Shown: positions 1 through 8,467, counted from the first letter of the stretch. The stretch: DNA of 32,447 nucleotides from a virus (IMGVR_UViG_2585427783_000005); one strand, 5' to 3'. Numbers and translations are program-made. Notes: generated from the sequence alone by a model not told the origin.

Positions 1-452
1 AACACCAGCAAACAGATAAAAAAGGGCCAGCCAATTGGCCAGCCCTTCTTAACAGGATGTCGCTTAAGCGAAATCTTAGTTAAGACGCTCCCAATAAAAC
101 CACATAAAAAACATATAATTATAATAAAAACAATTAGTTAATTTAATTTTTAATGCAGTGAATTGCAATATTCTGCAACCTCCGCCGCCACTTTGCCGCC
201 ACTTAAAGCTTTATACCACACAGACTTTAGTATACCCGAGTGAAACGCTAACACATGAGGTAGTTGGAAAATTTCCGTATATGTTGTAATATTGATACGC
301 ATTATATGATTTTTACCTGATATAATGTAATTATTAGCTTCAAAATTATTTTTGCACGAATCAGGTATTACCAAGTAGTTGTCAGTTTTTAAAAACCCAA
401 CATCCTAAAATTAGCATTGTTTTTTAACCACAAAACATCCACGGAGAAGAAC

Positions 453-1262
453 GTGTCAAAAAAGGATACAATCCAGATTATCGATATCAGGATGCAGAGA
501 CCAATCATAGCAAGAATAGAAGAAGAAAATTTAAATTTGACATTGCAAATGTCAGATAAAGCCACATTATCTGGTGCGACAGTTAGTTTTTTCACCCCAA
601 ATAACGTTTCTATATTCTTATCCTCAGCAAAAAAAGAGCTCTCAAAATCCAATTCTATATATAAAAGTCTTTTTGGAAAAATACACAAAACCAAACATAA
701 AAACTTTAAAATTTCCGACAAAGCCCTGCCGAGACTCTATAATTACTTTGAATCAATTCAGACGGCCATTATTTCTATGTATACTGCAATTGAGTCTTTT
801 GCAAATATATGCATACCACATGATTATGTTTATGAAAAAAACAATGCCAAGGGAATCAAAGAATCCTATAGCAAAGAGCTAATTGAGCGATATATACCAA
901 CAAGTGAAAAAATAGATAAAATCCTACCGTCTATTTTAAATTGTGATTCACCTAAAGGTTCAAAACTATGGCAAGATTTTAAAAGCCTTGAGTCACTTAG
1001 AAATGACATAATTCACCCCAAGACAACAAAGAAAAACACAGAAACAAAAGAAGACTCATCTTTTTTATGCATTTTACTATCAGATGACTTTATAAAAAAA
1101 GTTTCCTGTGGATTTGATTTGGTATCTTATTTTTGCAAACAAGACACTACTCATAGTCTTTTCCCAATGGGTTTCGGTGAAATTGAACTTAAACCTGTCC
1201 CAATTAAAGCCGGTGACTTTGAAAAAGTTGATGATCATGATGAAATAGAATTACCATCATAA
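453..1262 (+). CDS. AT-rich hypothetical protein with Rx4H (HEPN-like) motif; possible Abi-type cargo gene
   Basis: Long ORF (track 417..1262, TTG at 417); GTG at 453 has GGAG 9 nt upstream. Lys/Asn-rich, much lower GC than the prophage backbone. Motif LESLRNDIIHP. Start codon uncertain (ATG 492 also possible). Confidence 0.5.
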   Translation: MSKKDTIQIIDIRMQRPIIARIEEENLNLTLQMSDKATLSGATVSFFTPNNVSIFLSSAKKELSKSNSIYKSLFGKIHKTKHKNFKISDKALPRLYNYFESIQTAIISMYTAIESFANICIPHDYVYEKNNAKGIKESYSKELIERYIPTSEKIDKILPSILNCDSPKGSKLWQDFKSLESLRNDIIHPKTTKKNTETKEDSSFLCILLSDDFIKKVSCGFDLVSYFCKQDTTHSLFPMGFGEIELKPVPIKAGDFEKVDDHDEIELPS

Positions 1263-1310
1263 CAAAAAAACACAAACCATAAAGACGGCCATAGGTGGTC
1301 TTTATGGTTT
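1262..1310 (-). terminator. Rho-independent terminator downstream of int (13-bp perfect stem, T-run on minus strand)
   Basis: AAACCATAAAGAC (1274-1286) pairs with GTCTTTATGGTTT (1298-1310); on the minus strand the hairpin is followed by GTGTTTTTTTGT (complement of 1262-1273). Confidence 0.6.
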
Positions 1311-1378
1311 ACAATAGACGCAGCCGTTATTAAATTTAAATCCAACAGCGTTAAAATAAACTAACAATATACGCATAA

Positions 1379-2419
1379 TTAATCTTTCCATTTAAAACCA
1401 TTACATAATGTTAAAGGATTAAATGTTACAGCCTCCTCAAGATGATCCGGGGAGAAATGTGCATACTTCATAGTTTCACGAATATTCGCATGACCGAGTA
1501 TACGTTGCAGCACAAGAATATTCCCGCCATTCATCATAAAATGAGCGCCGAAGGTATGACGCAGAACGTGTGTCTTTTGCCCTTCCGTCAGTTCGATATC
1601 CGTTAGTTTGAGCATCTTTTTAAACTCCTGATAGCAAGGCTTAAACATCTTTCCCTGCCTTTCAGATAATTCGTCATACAACCATTTTGGGATCGGAACG
1701 GTTCGATTCTTTTTCCCTTTCGTTTTGGTGAAGGTCAGTTTATGTGGCGAGAGCTGGGGACGTGTCAACCTCTCAGCCTCACCCCATCTAGCACCTGTTG
1801 CAAGACAAATCTTAACAATCATGGTGAGGTCTTCTTTTCCGTATTGCTCGCATGCCTGAAACAATTTCGGAATTTGAGACAAAGTGAGCCAAGACATTTC
1901 TTTCTCGGCTTCCTTGAAAACACGGACTCCATCAAGTGGATTTGGTAAGCTCCACTCCCCTAGCCTTTTGAGCTCATTAAATACAGCCTCAAGATATTGT
2001 TGCTCACGATTGACAGTTATCGGTTTAGCAATCCATTTTGCCGGGTCTTTATGATAGCCATTATCTATCTCCCCCCGAAGTCGGCGGTCACGGTAATGAG
2101 CCCAATCTTTAGCAGTAAGGCGGGATGCAATAGGGTCACCAAGTCCATTACACACGATTTGAAGTTTAGCTAACCGCGACTTACTGGCGACCAGTGCCTG
2201 TCCGTGTAAATTATGCCAAAGCTGGATAATCTCACTTAAGCGTCGGCGGTCTTCTTTCTTGCCGAGCCACGGCTTATCCTCACTCTCACTTTTCGTAAAT
2301 GCTTCGAATGCCTCGGCCTCACCTTTGGTATTGAATTGCCGACGTATACGCCGCCCTTCTCGACCATTTGGATAGAGCTCGCATAACCATTTGCCATTTT
2401 TTTGCTTACTTACAGTCAT
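1379..2419 (-). CDS. int: Tyrosine integrase, P2/186 type
   Basis: 346 aa; C-terminal catalytic region VLRHTFGAHFMMNGGNILVLQRILGHANIRETMKYAH (R...HxxR...Y); lies beside the repressor gene as in P2/186 prophages. Confidence 0.9.
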   Translation of the reverse strand: MTVSKQKNGKWLCELYPNGREGRRIRRQFNTKGEAEAFEAFTKSESEDKPWLGKKEDRRRLSEIIQLWHNLHGQALVASKSRLAKLQIVCNGLGDPIASRLTAKDWAHYRDRRLRGEIDNGYHKDPAKWIAKPITVNREQQYLEAVFNELKRLGEWSLPNPLDGVRVFKEAEKEMSWLTLSQIPKLFQACEQYGKEDLTMIVKICLATGARWGEAERLTRPQLSPHKLTFTKTKGKKNRTVPIPKWLYDELSERQGKMFKPCYQEFKKMLKLTDIELTEGQKTHVLRHTFGAHFMMNGGNILVLQRILGHANIRETMKYAHFSPDHLEEAVTFNPLTLCNGFKWKD

Positions 2420-2441
2420 AATGTCACCGAGGCAACTCTAA

Positions 2442-2780
2442 TTATTCCCAAAGTGCTGTTGCAGCATCCATTACAGGATCCAAAGGAATTTTTACGCCTG
2501 CATACTCCGGGCTATCTTTCCAAACAGTATCAATATTGCTCCCCTCAAGCTTTCCAGACTTTACTCCATCAATCGCAAAACCATTTAATGGGTATCGGTC
2601 ATCTGTTGCTTTGTCGTACACAAAGGCATATTTACCGTTGACACAAGACACCGTAGCTTTTTCAAAAGTTAACGGCCAATCCTCACCAAACTTAGCGCCA
2701 TCTAAATCCTGTGTTTTTTCAGCGGCTGAGGCTCCAAAAGAAAGGGTAAGAAGCAGAGCTAAAAAGAGTTTACATTTCAT
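2442..2780 (-). CDS. Small secreted/periplasmic protein of unknown function, inserted between cI and int
   Basis: ATG at 2778-2780 (revcomp) with AAGGGA RBS; N-terminus MKCKLFLALLLTLSFGASAAEKT is a typical Sec signal peptide; mature part ~90 aa. Track ORF 2442..2852 has a longer, unlikely N-terminus. Confidence 0.7.
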   Translation of the reverse strand: MKCKLFLALLLTLSFGASAAEKTQDLDGAKFGEDWPLTFEKATVSCVNGKYAFVYDKATDDRYPLNGFAIDGVKSGKLEGSNIDTVWKDSPEYAGVKIPLDPVMDAATALWE

Positions 2781-2788
2781 AATGTCCC

Positions 2789-3649
2789 TTACACGTGTTT
2801 TTCCAATGTGAAAACTACAGCCCCGGCAGGAGTAATGTCTGTAATGTTGCATTCAAACTCAGCAGACTTATTTGACAACCTGACTTTTCCACCGGGCAAG
2901 CGAATTACATCAAAAACATCAAGAGCGCCGTCGATATCAATTAACCAGCGACCATTACTTATATTCGAAGCAGAACAGTCGACAAGCCAAGAGGCAGCTA
3001 CACCGTCAACAAAAATCAATTCCCCTGAGTTAGAAGGAATCATTGAGGGGTCAGGATGCCACGTTCCTGCATCCTTAAGCTCACCAGATTCAAGACGAGA
3101 TTTTTTAATAGAAAAACCAGATGTGACATCTTCCCTGTTAGCTCGCATTTGCCCCTTGCCTGTTGCTAACCATTCCAGTGACGTATCGGTATCAAGAGCG
3201 CATGTAACAACAACATCACCAGGGAAAAAATCTCGCCTTACCCATGTGCTAATTGTGCCAGAGGAAATGCCGAGCAAATCACCGAGCTCCTTTTGCATGG
3301 TAAAGCCATACGCATCAAGAATCCTACGCAAAACGGTTTTACCACCATTCGTCATAATCTCGTCATAAAGCTCTTTGCCTTTTAACTTGCAACTGGCTCG
3401 CTCGTGATTTGCATTTGCAAGTTCTCCATTTACAAGCCAATTGATATCAGCTCCCGTGTCAAGACAACACCTAACTATGACATTGCCAGGTATTGCATCA
3501 CGCTGAACCCAGCCGCTAACGCTGTGTTTAGCGATACCTAGCAGGTCAGCCAAATCCTTTTGCATCTTGACCCCATAGGCTGACATTAAGCGTTCCAATA
3601 CGCCGTTCGTTGCACTAACACGCCACTGAACATCAAGCTCAGAACTCAT
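2789..3649 (-). CDS. cI: CI-type immunity repressor (186-like) with tandemly duplicated N-terminal HTH domain
   Basis: 286 aa. Two homologous modules (VLERLMSAYGVKMQKDLADLLGIAKHSVSGWVQRDAIPGNVIVRCCLDTGADINWLVNGE / VLRRILDAYGFTMQKELGDLLGISSGTISTWVRRDFFPGDVVVTCALDTDTSLEWLATGK), then a C-terminal domain resembling the 186 CI oligomerisation domain. Divergent from the early operon. Confidence 0.85.
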   Translation of the reverse strand: MSSELDVQWRVSATNGVLERLMSAYGVKMQKDLADLLGIAKHSVSGWVQRDAIPGNVIVRCCLDTGADINWLVNGELANANHERASCKLKGKELYDEIMTNGGKTVLRRILDAYGFTMQKELGDLLGISSGTISTWVRRDFFPGDVVVTCALDTDTSLEWLATGKGQMRANREDVTSGFSIKKSRLESGELKDAGTWHPDPSMIPSNSGELIFVDGVAASWLVDCSASNISNGRWLIDIDGALDVFDVIRLPGGKVRLSNKSAEFECNITDITPAGAVVFTLEKHV

Positions 3650-3678
3650 AAAAACCCCTACAGATAATTTTATGGGTG

Positions 3679-3707
3679 TTTACAGAAAACTTTTTACGAT
3701 CTATAGT
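3679..3707 (+). promoter_or_regulatory. Candidate sigma70 early (lytic, pR-like) promoter in the cI/apl switch region
   Basis: TTTACA (3679-3684), 17-nt spacer, TATAGT (3702-3707); ~60 nt upstream of the AGGAG RBS and ATG at 3771. Confidence 0.5.
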
Positions 3708-3770
3708 GGCATTCATCGACCAAGATGCACACCACTGCACTACATTTCAAACAACAGGAGATAATGCGAT

Positions 3771-4142
3771 ATGTCAGATGCAAAATCAATCTCGACGCAC
3801 GACTCGCAAAACTCACAAAATCAAACTGTGCTGCTAGATCCAACACAGTTTGATGCCATCGTTACCGCCATGCTGCCAGCTCTACAGACAATGATTCGCT
3901 CCGCTATGTCAGACACGATGACTGTGAAAGACTTCGCCGCTACTCGCGGTGTTAGCGAGCGTCTGGTCTGGCAATGGCTCGATGAGGGAGTCCTTCTCAA
4001 AGCTCCGACCAAAGACTTTTCCAACAAAGAAGAAGCTGCTAAACGAAGCCGAACCCTCGTAAACGTAAAAGCATGGCGCGATAAGCTGACTCAACAAGCG
4101 ATTGATTGTCGCTACATCGACCAGCGCACCGCTCTTAACTGA
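3771..4142 (+). CDS. Putative Cox/Apl-like DNA-binding regulator/excisionase (first gene of early operon)
   Basis: ATG at 3771 with AGGAG RBS; HTH-like segment MTVKDFAATRGVSERLVWQWLDEGVL; position equivalent to 186 apl / P2 cox. Longer than Apl/Cox (123 aa), so the call is positional. Confidence 0.45.
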   Translation: MSDAKSISTHDSQNSQNQTVLLDPTQFDAIVTAMLPALQTMIRSAMSDTMTVKDFAATRGVSERLVWQWLDEGVLLKAPTKDFSNKEEAAKRSRTLVNVKAWRDKLTQQAIDCRYIDQRTALN

Positions 4143-4174
4143 ATTTGATTATGCAAGTTAGAGGGAATTTAACC

Positions 4175-4684
4175 ATGTTTGATTTTCAGGTTTCCAAACA
4201 TCCCCACTATGACGAAGCATGCCGCATTTTCGCACAGCGTCACAATATGGCGAAGCTGGCCGAGCGTGCAGGTATGAACGTTCAAACGTTACGTAACAAG
4301 CTCAACCCGGAACAGCCTCACCAGTTCACGCCGTCTGAATTGTGGCTGCTGACTGACCTGACCGAAGACTCAACCCTCATTGATGGTTTTTTAGCGCAGA
4401 TTCACTGCCTACCATGCGTGCCGGTTAATGAGTTGGCTAAAGACAAATTGCAGTCTTATGTCATGCGCGCAATGCGTGAACTCGGCGAACTGGCGAGCGG
4501 CGCGGTATCTGATGAACGTCTGACCATTGCCCGTAAGCACAACATGATTGAAAGCGTTAACTCCGGCATTCGCATGTTGTCATTGTCGGCTCTGGCTCTG
4601 CATGCACGTCTGCAGACTAATCCAGCTATGTCGAGCGTGGTCGATACCATGAGCGGTATTGGCGCATCGTTTGGTCTGATTTGA
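4175..4684 (+). CDS. cII: CII-like lysogeny-establishment regulator (phage 186 CII family)
   Basis: 169 aa starting MFDFQVSKHPHYDEACRIF, ATG at 4175 with GAGGG RBS; matches my recollection of 186 CII in size and position after apl. Track ORF starts at upstream TTG 4145. Confidence 0.8.
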   Translation: MFDFQVSKHPHYDEACRIFAQRHNMAKLAERAGMNVQTLRNKLNPEQPHQFTPSELWLLTDLTEDSTLIDGFLAQIHCLPCVPVNELAKDKLQSYVMRAMRELGELASGAVSDERLTIARKHNMIESVNSGIRMLSLSALALHARLQTNPAMSSVVDTMSGIGASFGLI

Positions 4685-4691
4685 GGTGCGT

Positions 4692-4892
4692 ATGCTGAAA
4701 AGTGAACCGTCATTCGCATCTCTGCTCGTTAAGCAAAGCCCCGGCATGCACTACGGCCACGGCTGGATCGCAGGTAAGGACGGCAAGCGCTGGCCCCCGA
4801 GCCACTCGCAGGCTGATTTACTGGCTGGCCTCTCTACTCAAAAGCGGGGGGGCTCATGGCTATCGAAGCTGTTTCCGCGACTGTTCCGCTAA
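4692..4892 (+). CDS. Hypothetical early protein (position of 186 fil/dhr region)
   Basis: ATG 4692 preceded by GAGG; 66 aa; overlaps next ORF in another frame. Confidence 0.4.
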   Translation: MLKSEPSFASLLVKQSPGMHYGHGWIAGKDGKRWPPSHSQADLLAGLSTQKRGGSWLSKLFPRLFR

Positions 4893-5194
4893 AAGCGGGT
4901 GAACGTCTGGCCGGTCTCAATCATGTTGCCGAATTGCGCGCGAGATATTGGGGCGATAGCTGGAAAGAGGTTGAACGTTTTGTCGATGATATGCGCGATA
5001 AACGTGACCCACAATTTGAAGAAAATAATCGGGCGCTGGCCGCTATTTTCTTTCTGGCAAAAATACCGGCGGCTCGTCATGAACTCGAATTAAGTGAGCT
5101 GACTACTGACGAGAAAAAGGCGCTTATTACAGCGATGAATCATTTTCGTGCAGTAGTGAGCTTATTTCCCAAACGGCTAACCATGCCGAATTAA
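4856..5194 (+). CDS. Hypothetical early protein
   Basis: 112 aa ORF with balanced composition; G-rich RBS region immediately upstream. Confidence 0.45.
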   Translation: MAIEAVSATVPLKAGERLAGLNHVAELRARYWGDSWKEVERFVDDMRDKRDPQFEENNRALAAIFFLAKIPAARHELELSELTTDEKKALITAMNHFRAVVSLFPKRLTMPN

Positions 5195-5261
5195 TCCAAA
5201 CAGAAATTTAATGGCGTAAACCCGCCGGGCATCTTATTGCCCGAAATCAGGAGAGTTAATT

Positions 5262-5489
5262 ATGCGTAATACCGAAATCCGTAGTTTTAACACTGATAGC
5301 GATGCGCTGGCCGTATTGCTGACCGATGCAAAAAAAGAAGAGCGTAAAGACCGCGCGCTCGCTGTTTCCATCCGCCTTGAGGCGCTGGCTATCCATATTA
5401 CCAGAGAGGGAATGAGCGGCACCGAAGCTGCCGAACTGCTGCGCCGTGAAGCAACCCGCTTTGAGAATGAATCACAGGAGCTGCACTAA
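5262..5489 (+). CDS. Hypothetical small early protein
   Basis: ATG 5262 with AGGAGAG RBS; 75 aa; stop overlaps next start (TAATG). Confidence 0.55.
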   Translation: MRNTEIRSFNTDSDALAVLLTDAKKEERKDRALAVSIRLEALAIHITREGMSGTEAAELLRREATRFENESQELH

Positions 5490-5710
5490 TGGCCGACGCA
5501 ATGGATTTAGCACAACTGCGCGAGCAGGAAGACCGCGAACGCCACATCAGCAACGCACGCACCCGTATCGCTGCACCTTCCCGTTTTCTTTGCGAGGAAT
5601 GTGACGCACCAATCCCGGAAGCTCGCCGCATTGCGATTCCTGGCGTGGCTTTTTGCGTAACCTGCCAGCAAATCGCAGAGCTAAAAAACAAACACTATCG
5701 GGGGGTATAA
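5489..5710 (+). CDS. TraR/DksA-family C4 zinc-finger protein
   Basis: 73 aa with CEEC-x17-CVTC (Cys4) motif; common just upstream of gene A in P2-like phages. Confidence 0.75.
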   Translation: MADAMDLAQLREQEDRERHISNARTRIAAPSRFLCEECDAPIPEARRIAIPGVAFCVTCQQIAELKNKHYRGV

Positions 5711-5711
5711 A

Positions 5712-7934
5712 TTGGCTGTTCAATTCGCTTATCCGTGGAACGTCCCACGGTCGGCAATCTCCAGCCCATACCTTACTTATGAGCAACAGCATCGCCGCGA
5801 CCGTATGTTCGCGGCTTTGCTGCATGCAAAAAAGGTGCTTTCTCTCCAGCCCGACTGCGTGCGGTTAGATGTTTATCGCACTGCTGCGGTGCTGGAACAA
5901 AATCAGGGTAGTCAACGAGCCAATGCATTTTTAATCAGCTTCTGCAAAAAGGCATTGCCGCGTCTTGAACTGGTCGCAAAAAAATACGAATGCGCTGGTA
6001 TCAACAGCAAGGTATCAACCGCTGTTTTTGGAAGTCATTTTGATACTCAGCAAATGCAATATCTGTCGTCACGCATGGTTAATATGGTCGCCCGATATAA
6101 CCGTCTCCCGGACATGTCGCGCGCTGATGTTGACCTGTTGGCCGCTGATATTGCTAATTTCATTCGTGGTGAACTTGCCAACATTAATGACCACGGATTC
6201 AGCGAGCTTAAAACGCTGTACACCTGGTATATTCGTGCTGGCTTTATTTCCCTCCAATTCAACGTTATCCCACCACATTGGGAGCGGGTTGAAAAAAAAT
6301 ATGTCGGTGCGGATGAAATCGCACCGGCTATCGCCAAAATGTTTAACGATGGGTGGTGGCGCGGTCGTTTGCGCCGTGTAGCAGCTACGTGGCGCGAACA
6401 CCTGCAAATTGCAGTCGGCAACGTCAGTAAGAAAAAAAACACTTACGCGAGTAAAAACTGCGTGACTGACTGGCGTGAACAAAAGCGCCGCACTCGTGAA
6501 TTTCTCAAAGGTCTGGATCTCGAAGACGAAGACGGCAACCGTATCAGCCTAATTGAAAAATATGATGGCTCAGTTGCTAACCCTGCGATTCGCCGCTGTG
6601 AGCTCATGACCCGCATTCGTGGGTTTGAAAACATCTGTAATGAGCTCGGTTATGTCGGTGAGTTTTACACTCTAACCGCGCCGTCAAAATATCACGCCAC
6701 GACTAAAGCCGGTTACCGTAACAGCAAATGGAGCGGTGCCAGCCCGGCTGACACGCAAAACTATCTAACCGGTATCTGGGCGCGTATCCGTGCCAAACTA
6801 CATCGGGAAGATGTCCGTATTTTCGGTATTCGTGTCGCCGAGCCCCATCACGACGGCACTCCACACTGGCACATGCTGATGTTCATGCTGCCGGAAGATG
6901 TTGAATATGTTCGCTCCATCGTCCGTAAATACGCATGGAAAGAAGACCGCCACGAACTGAAAAGCGATAAATCCCAAAAAGCACGTTTCCACGCGGAGTC
7001 CATTGACCCGGAGAAAGGCAGCGCAACCGGCTATGTTGCTAAATACATTTCAAAAAATATCGACGGTTATGCTCTCGATGGTGAAACCGATGATGAAAGC
7101 GGTGAGCTGCTGAAAGAGACAGCCCCCGCCGTTTCAGCATGGGCTGCGCGCTGGCACATCCGTCAGTTTCAGTTTATTGGTGGTGCGCCGGTGACGGTTT
7201 ACCGTGAGTTGCGTCGCCTCGCTGATACCGAAACCGCGCACGGTCTGAGCGTTGAGTTTGCCGCCGTCCATGATGCCGCCGACGCTGGTGACTGGGCTGG
7301 TTATGTTAATGCTCAGGGTGGGCCGTTTGTCCGTCGCGATGATTTACAGGTGCGCACACTGTATGAACCGCGTACCGAGCTTAATCAGTACGGTGAGGAA
7401 ACGGTATGTATTAAGGGGGTCTACGATTCCTCCATAGGTGCAGGAAGCCCGATTTTAACCCGGCTCACTCAGTGGAAGATTGTTCCGAAGCGTGCTGTTG
7501 ATTTGGCCGTTGACCTTCAGGACGGCAAAGCCGTCCCTCGGAGTTCTGTCAATAACTGTACGGGAAGCGAAAGCGATCCACCGATACTGGATTTAACAAA
7601 ACCACTGAGTCGGCGTGAAAGACGAGAATTGACCAACCGACTCAGGAAGCAAAAGCCAGCAGCACGGCGAAAATTCATCCACGGAACGGATGAGCAAAAC
7701 GCAGCTATAGCTAAAACTATCGATGAGATACATCTGACAACCGGCATTAATATCAGCCGGGGCGAAGCCCTGCACCTGATGGCCGGTGGTAAAAGTTGTT
7801 TTGATGGTAAATGGCTACGCGGAACGGCCAAAGGAGAAATATTTTCCGCAGCACCATCGCATGAGGCTAAAGCTCGGAAAATCCTTAATCGTGTTGCGGC
7901 GATGGCTGAAGCATCAAAACCAATACATGAGTAA
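5712..7934 (+). CDS. A: Rolling-circle replication initiator (P2 gpA family)
   Basis: 740 aa; HHDGTPHWHML and GYVAKYISKNIDGYALDG motifs; apparent TTG start at 5712 after a GGGGG RBS giving MAVQFAYPWNVPR, which resembles the P2 A N-terminus. Confidence 0.9.
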   Translation: MAVQFAYPWNVPRSAISSPYLTYEQQHRRDRMFAALLHAKKVLSLQPDCVRLDVYRTAAVLEQNQGSQRANAFLISFCKKALPRLELVAKKYECAGINSKVSTAVFGSHFDTQQMQYLSSRMVNMVARYNRLPDMSRADVDLLAADIANFIRGELANINDHGFSELKTLYTWYIRAGFISLQFNVIPPHWERVEKKYVGADEIAPAIAKMFNDGWWRGRLRRVAATWREHLQIAVGNVSKKKNTYASKNCVTDWREQKRRTREFLKGLDLEDEDGNRISLIEKYDGSVANPAIRRCELMTRIRGFENICNELGYVGEFYTLTAPSKYHATTKAGYRNSKWSGASPADTQNYLTGIWARIRAKLHREDVRIFGIRVAEPHHDGTPHWHMLMFMLPEDVEYVRSIVRKYAWKEDRHELKSDKSQKARFHAESIDPEKGSATGYVAKYISKNIDGYALDGETDDESGELLKETAPAVSAWAARWHIRQFQFIGGAPVTVYRELRRLADTETAHGLSVEFAAVHDAADAGDWAGYVNAQGGPFVRRDDLQVRTLYEPRTELNQYGEETVCIKGVYDSSIGAGSPILTRLTQWKIVPKRAVDLAVDLQDGKAVPRSSVNNCTGSESDPPILDLTKPLSRRERRELTNRLRKQKPAARRKFIHGTDEQNAAIAKTIDEIHLTTGINISRGEALHLMAGGKSCFDGKWLRGTAKGEIFSAAPSHEAKARKILNRVAAMAEASKPIHE

Positions 7935-8008
7935 TTCATATCCATATCATGCACATACAGCAATCGCTCTATTCGTTTTTTTTCTTCCCATCTTTTGCCA
8001 ATACGTGC

Positions 8009-8028
8009 TACTGTATAAATATACAGTA
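8009..8028 (+). promoter_or_regulatory. LexA (SOS) box overlapping a promoter upstream of the small-ORF/DinI-like operon
   Basis: TACTGTATAAATATACAGTA: CTGT-N8-ACAG, near-perfect palindrome matching the E. coli LexA consensus; TTGCCA -35-like hexamer at 7995-8000. Confidence 0.8.
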
Positions 8029-8047
8029 ACCCTGTGGGAGGGATTTC

Positions 8048-8230
8048 ATGGTTGGCGAACATTTCAGCCGAACGCAGCAAAAGTGGGCTTGTGTGCAATT
8101 TATTGCCGAGGTATCTCTGATTGCAAACTGCAAGCCATCAGACTTAAAGCTCGCGCTCACTCTCATTGCAGACCTAGCAAACAGCGAGAATAACGAAACC
8201 GAAGATGATAATTTTTATAAGGCTGATTAG
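8048..8230 (+). CDS. Small hypothetical protein, first gene of the putative LexA-controlled operon
   Basis: ATG 8048 with GGGAGGG RBS; 60 aa; acidic C-terminus. Confidence 0.55.
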   Translation: MVGEHFSRTQQKWACVQFIAEVSLIANCKPSDLKLALTLIADLANSENNETEDDNFYKAD

Positions 8231-8233
8231 ATT

Positions 8234-8467
8234 ATGAGAATCAATATCACGTTGGATAAAGAGCAAAAAATTAGTCAGGCAACATTGGATGCACTTGAGG
8301 CTGAACTGTACCGCAATCTTCAACCTATTTACCCAAAGACTGCTATCCGAATTCGCAAGGGCTCCGCTAATGGCGTTGAACTAAGCGGTTTGAAACTGGA
8401 CGAAGATAAAAAACGAGTAATGGAAATCATGCAGCAGGTATGGGAGGACGATAGCTGGCTGCATTAA
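8234..8467 (+). CDS. DinI/Tum-family protein (candidate SOS-induced antirepressor or RecA modulator)
   Basis: 77 aa; MRINITLDKEQKISQATLDALEAELYRNLQPIYP ... EIMQQVWEDDSWLH resembles DinI in length and conserved N- and C-terminal segments; downstream of the LexA box. Confidence 0.75.
   Translation: MRINITLDKEQKISQATLDALEAELYRNLQPIYPKTAIRIRKGSANGVELSGLKLDEDKKRVMEIMQQVWEDDSWLH

Noticed and set aside
1-120. GC-rich palindromic segment (AAGGGCCAGCCAATTGGCCAGCCCTT) at the window start as attL
   Set aside because: It looks like a terminator of an upstream off-window gene; the att core cannot be identified without the other prophage end or an empty-site comparison.
150-374. 74-aa minus-strand ORF in the leftmost AT-rich region
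   Set aside because: No RBS, AT-rich low-complexity sequence; more likely the promoter/5' region of the downstream plus-strand gene.
2808-3368. 186-aa plus-strand ORF antisense to cI
   Set aside because: Lies entirely inside the repressor gene on the opposite strand; Ser/Pro-rich composition typical of antisense frames.
7517-8193. ORFs 7517..8098 (-) and 7786..8193 (+) overlapping the 3' end of gene A
   Set aside because: They overlap the well-supported replicase frame, lack RBSs and have odd composition; the plus-strand one swallows the LexA-box promoter region. The real downstream gene is the 8048..8230 ORF.
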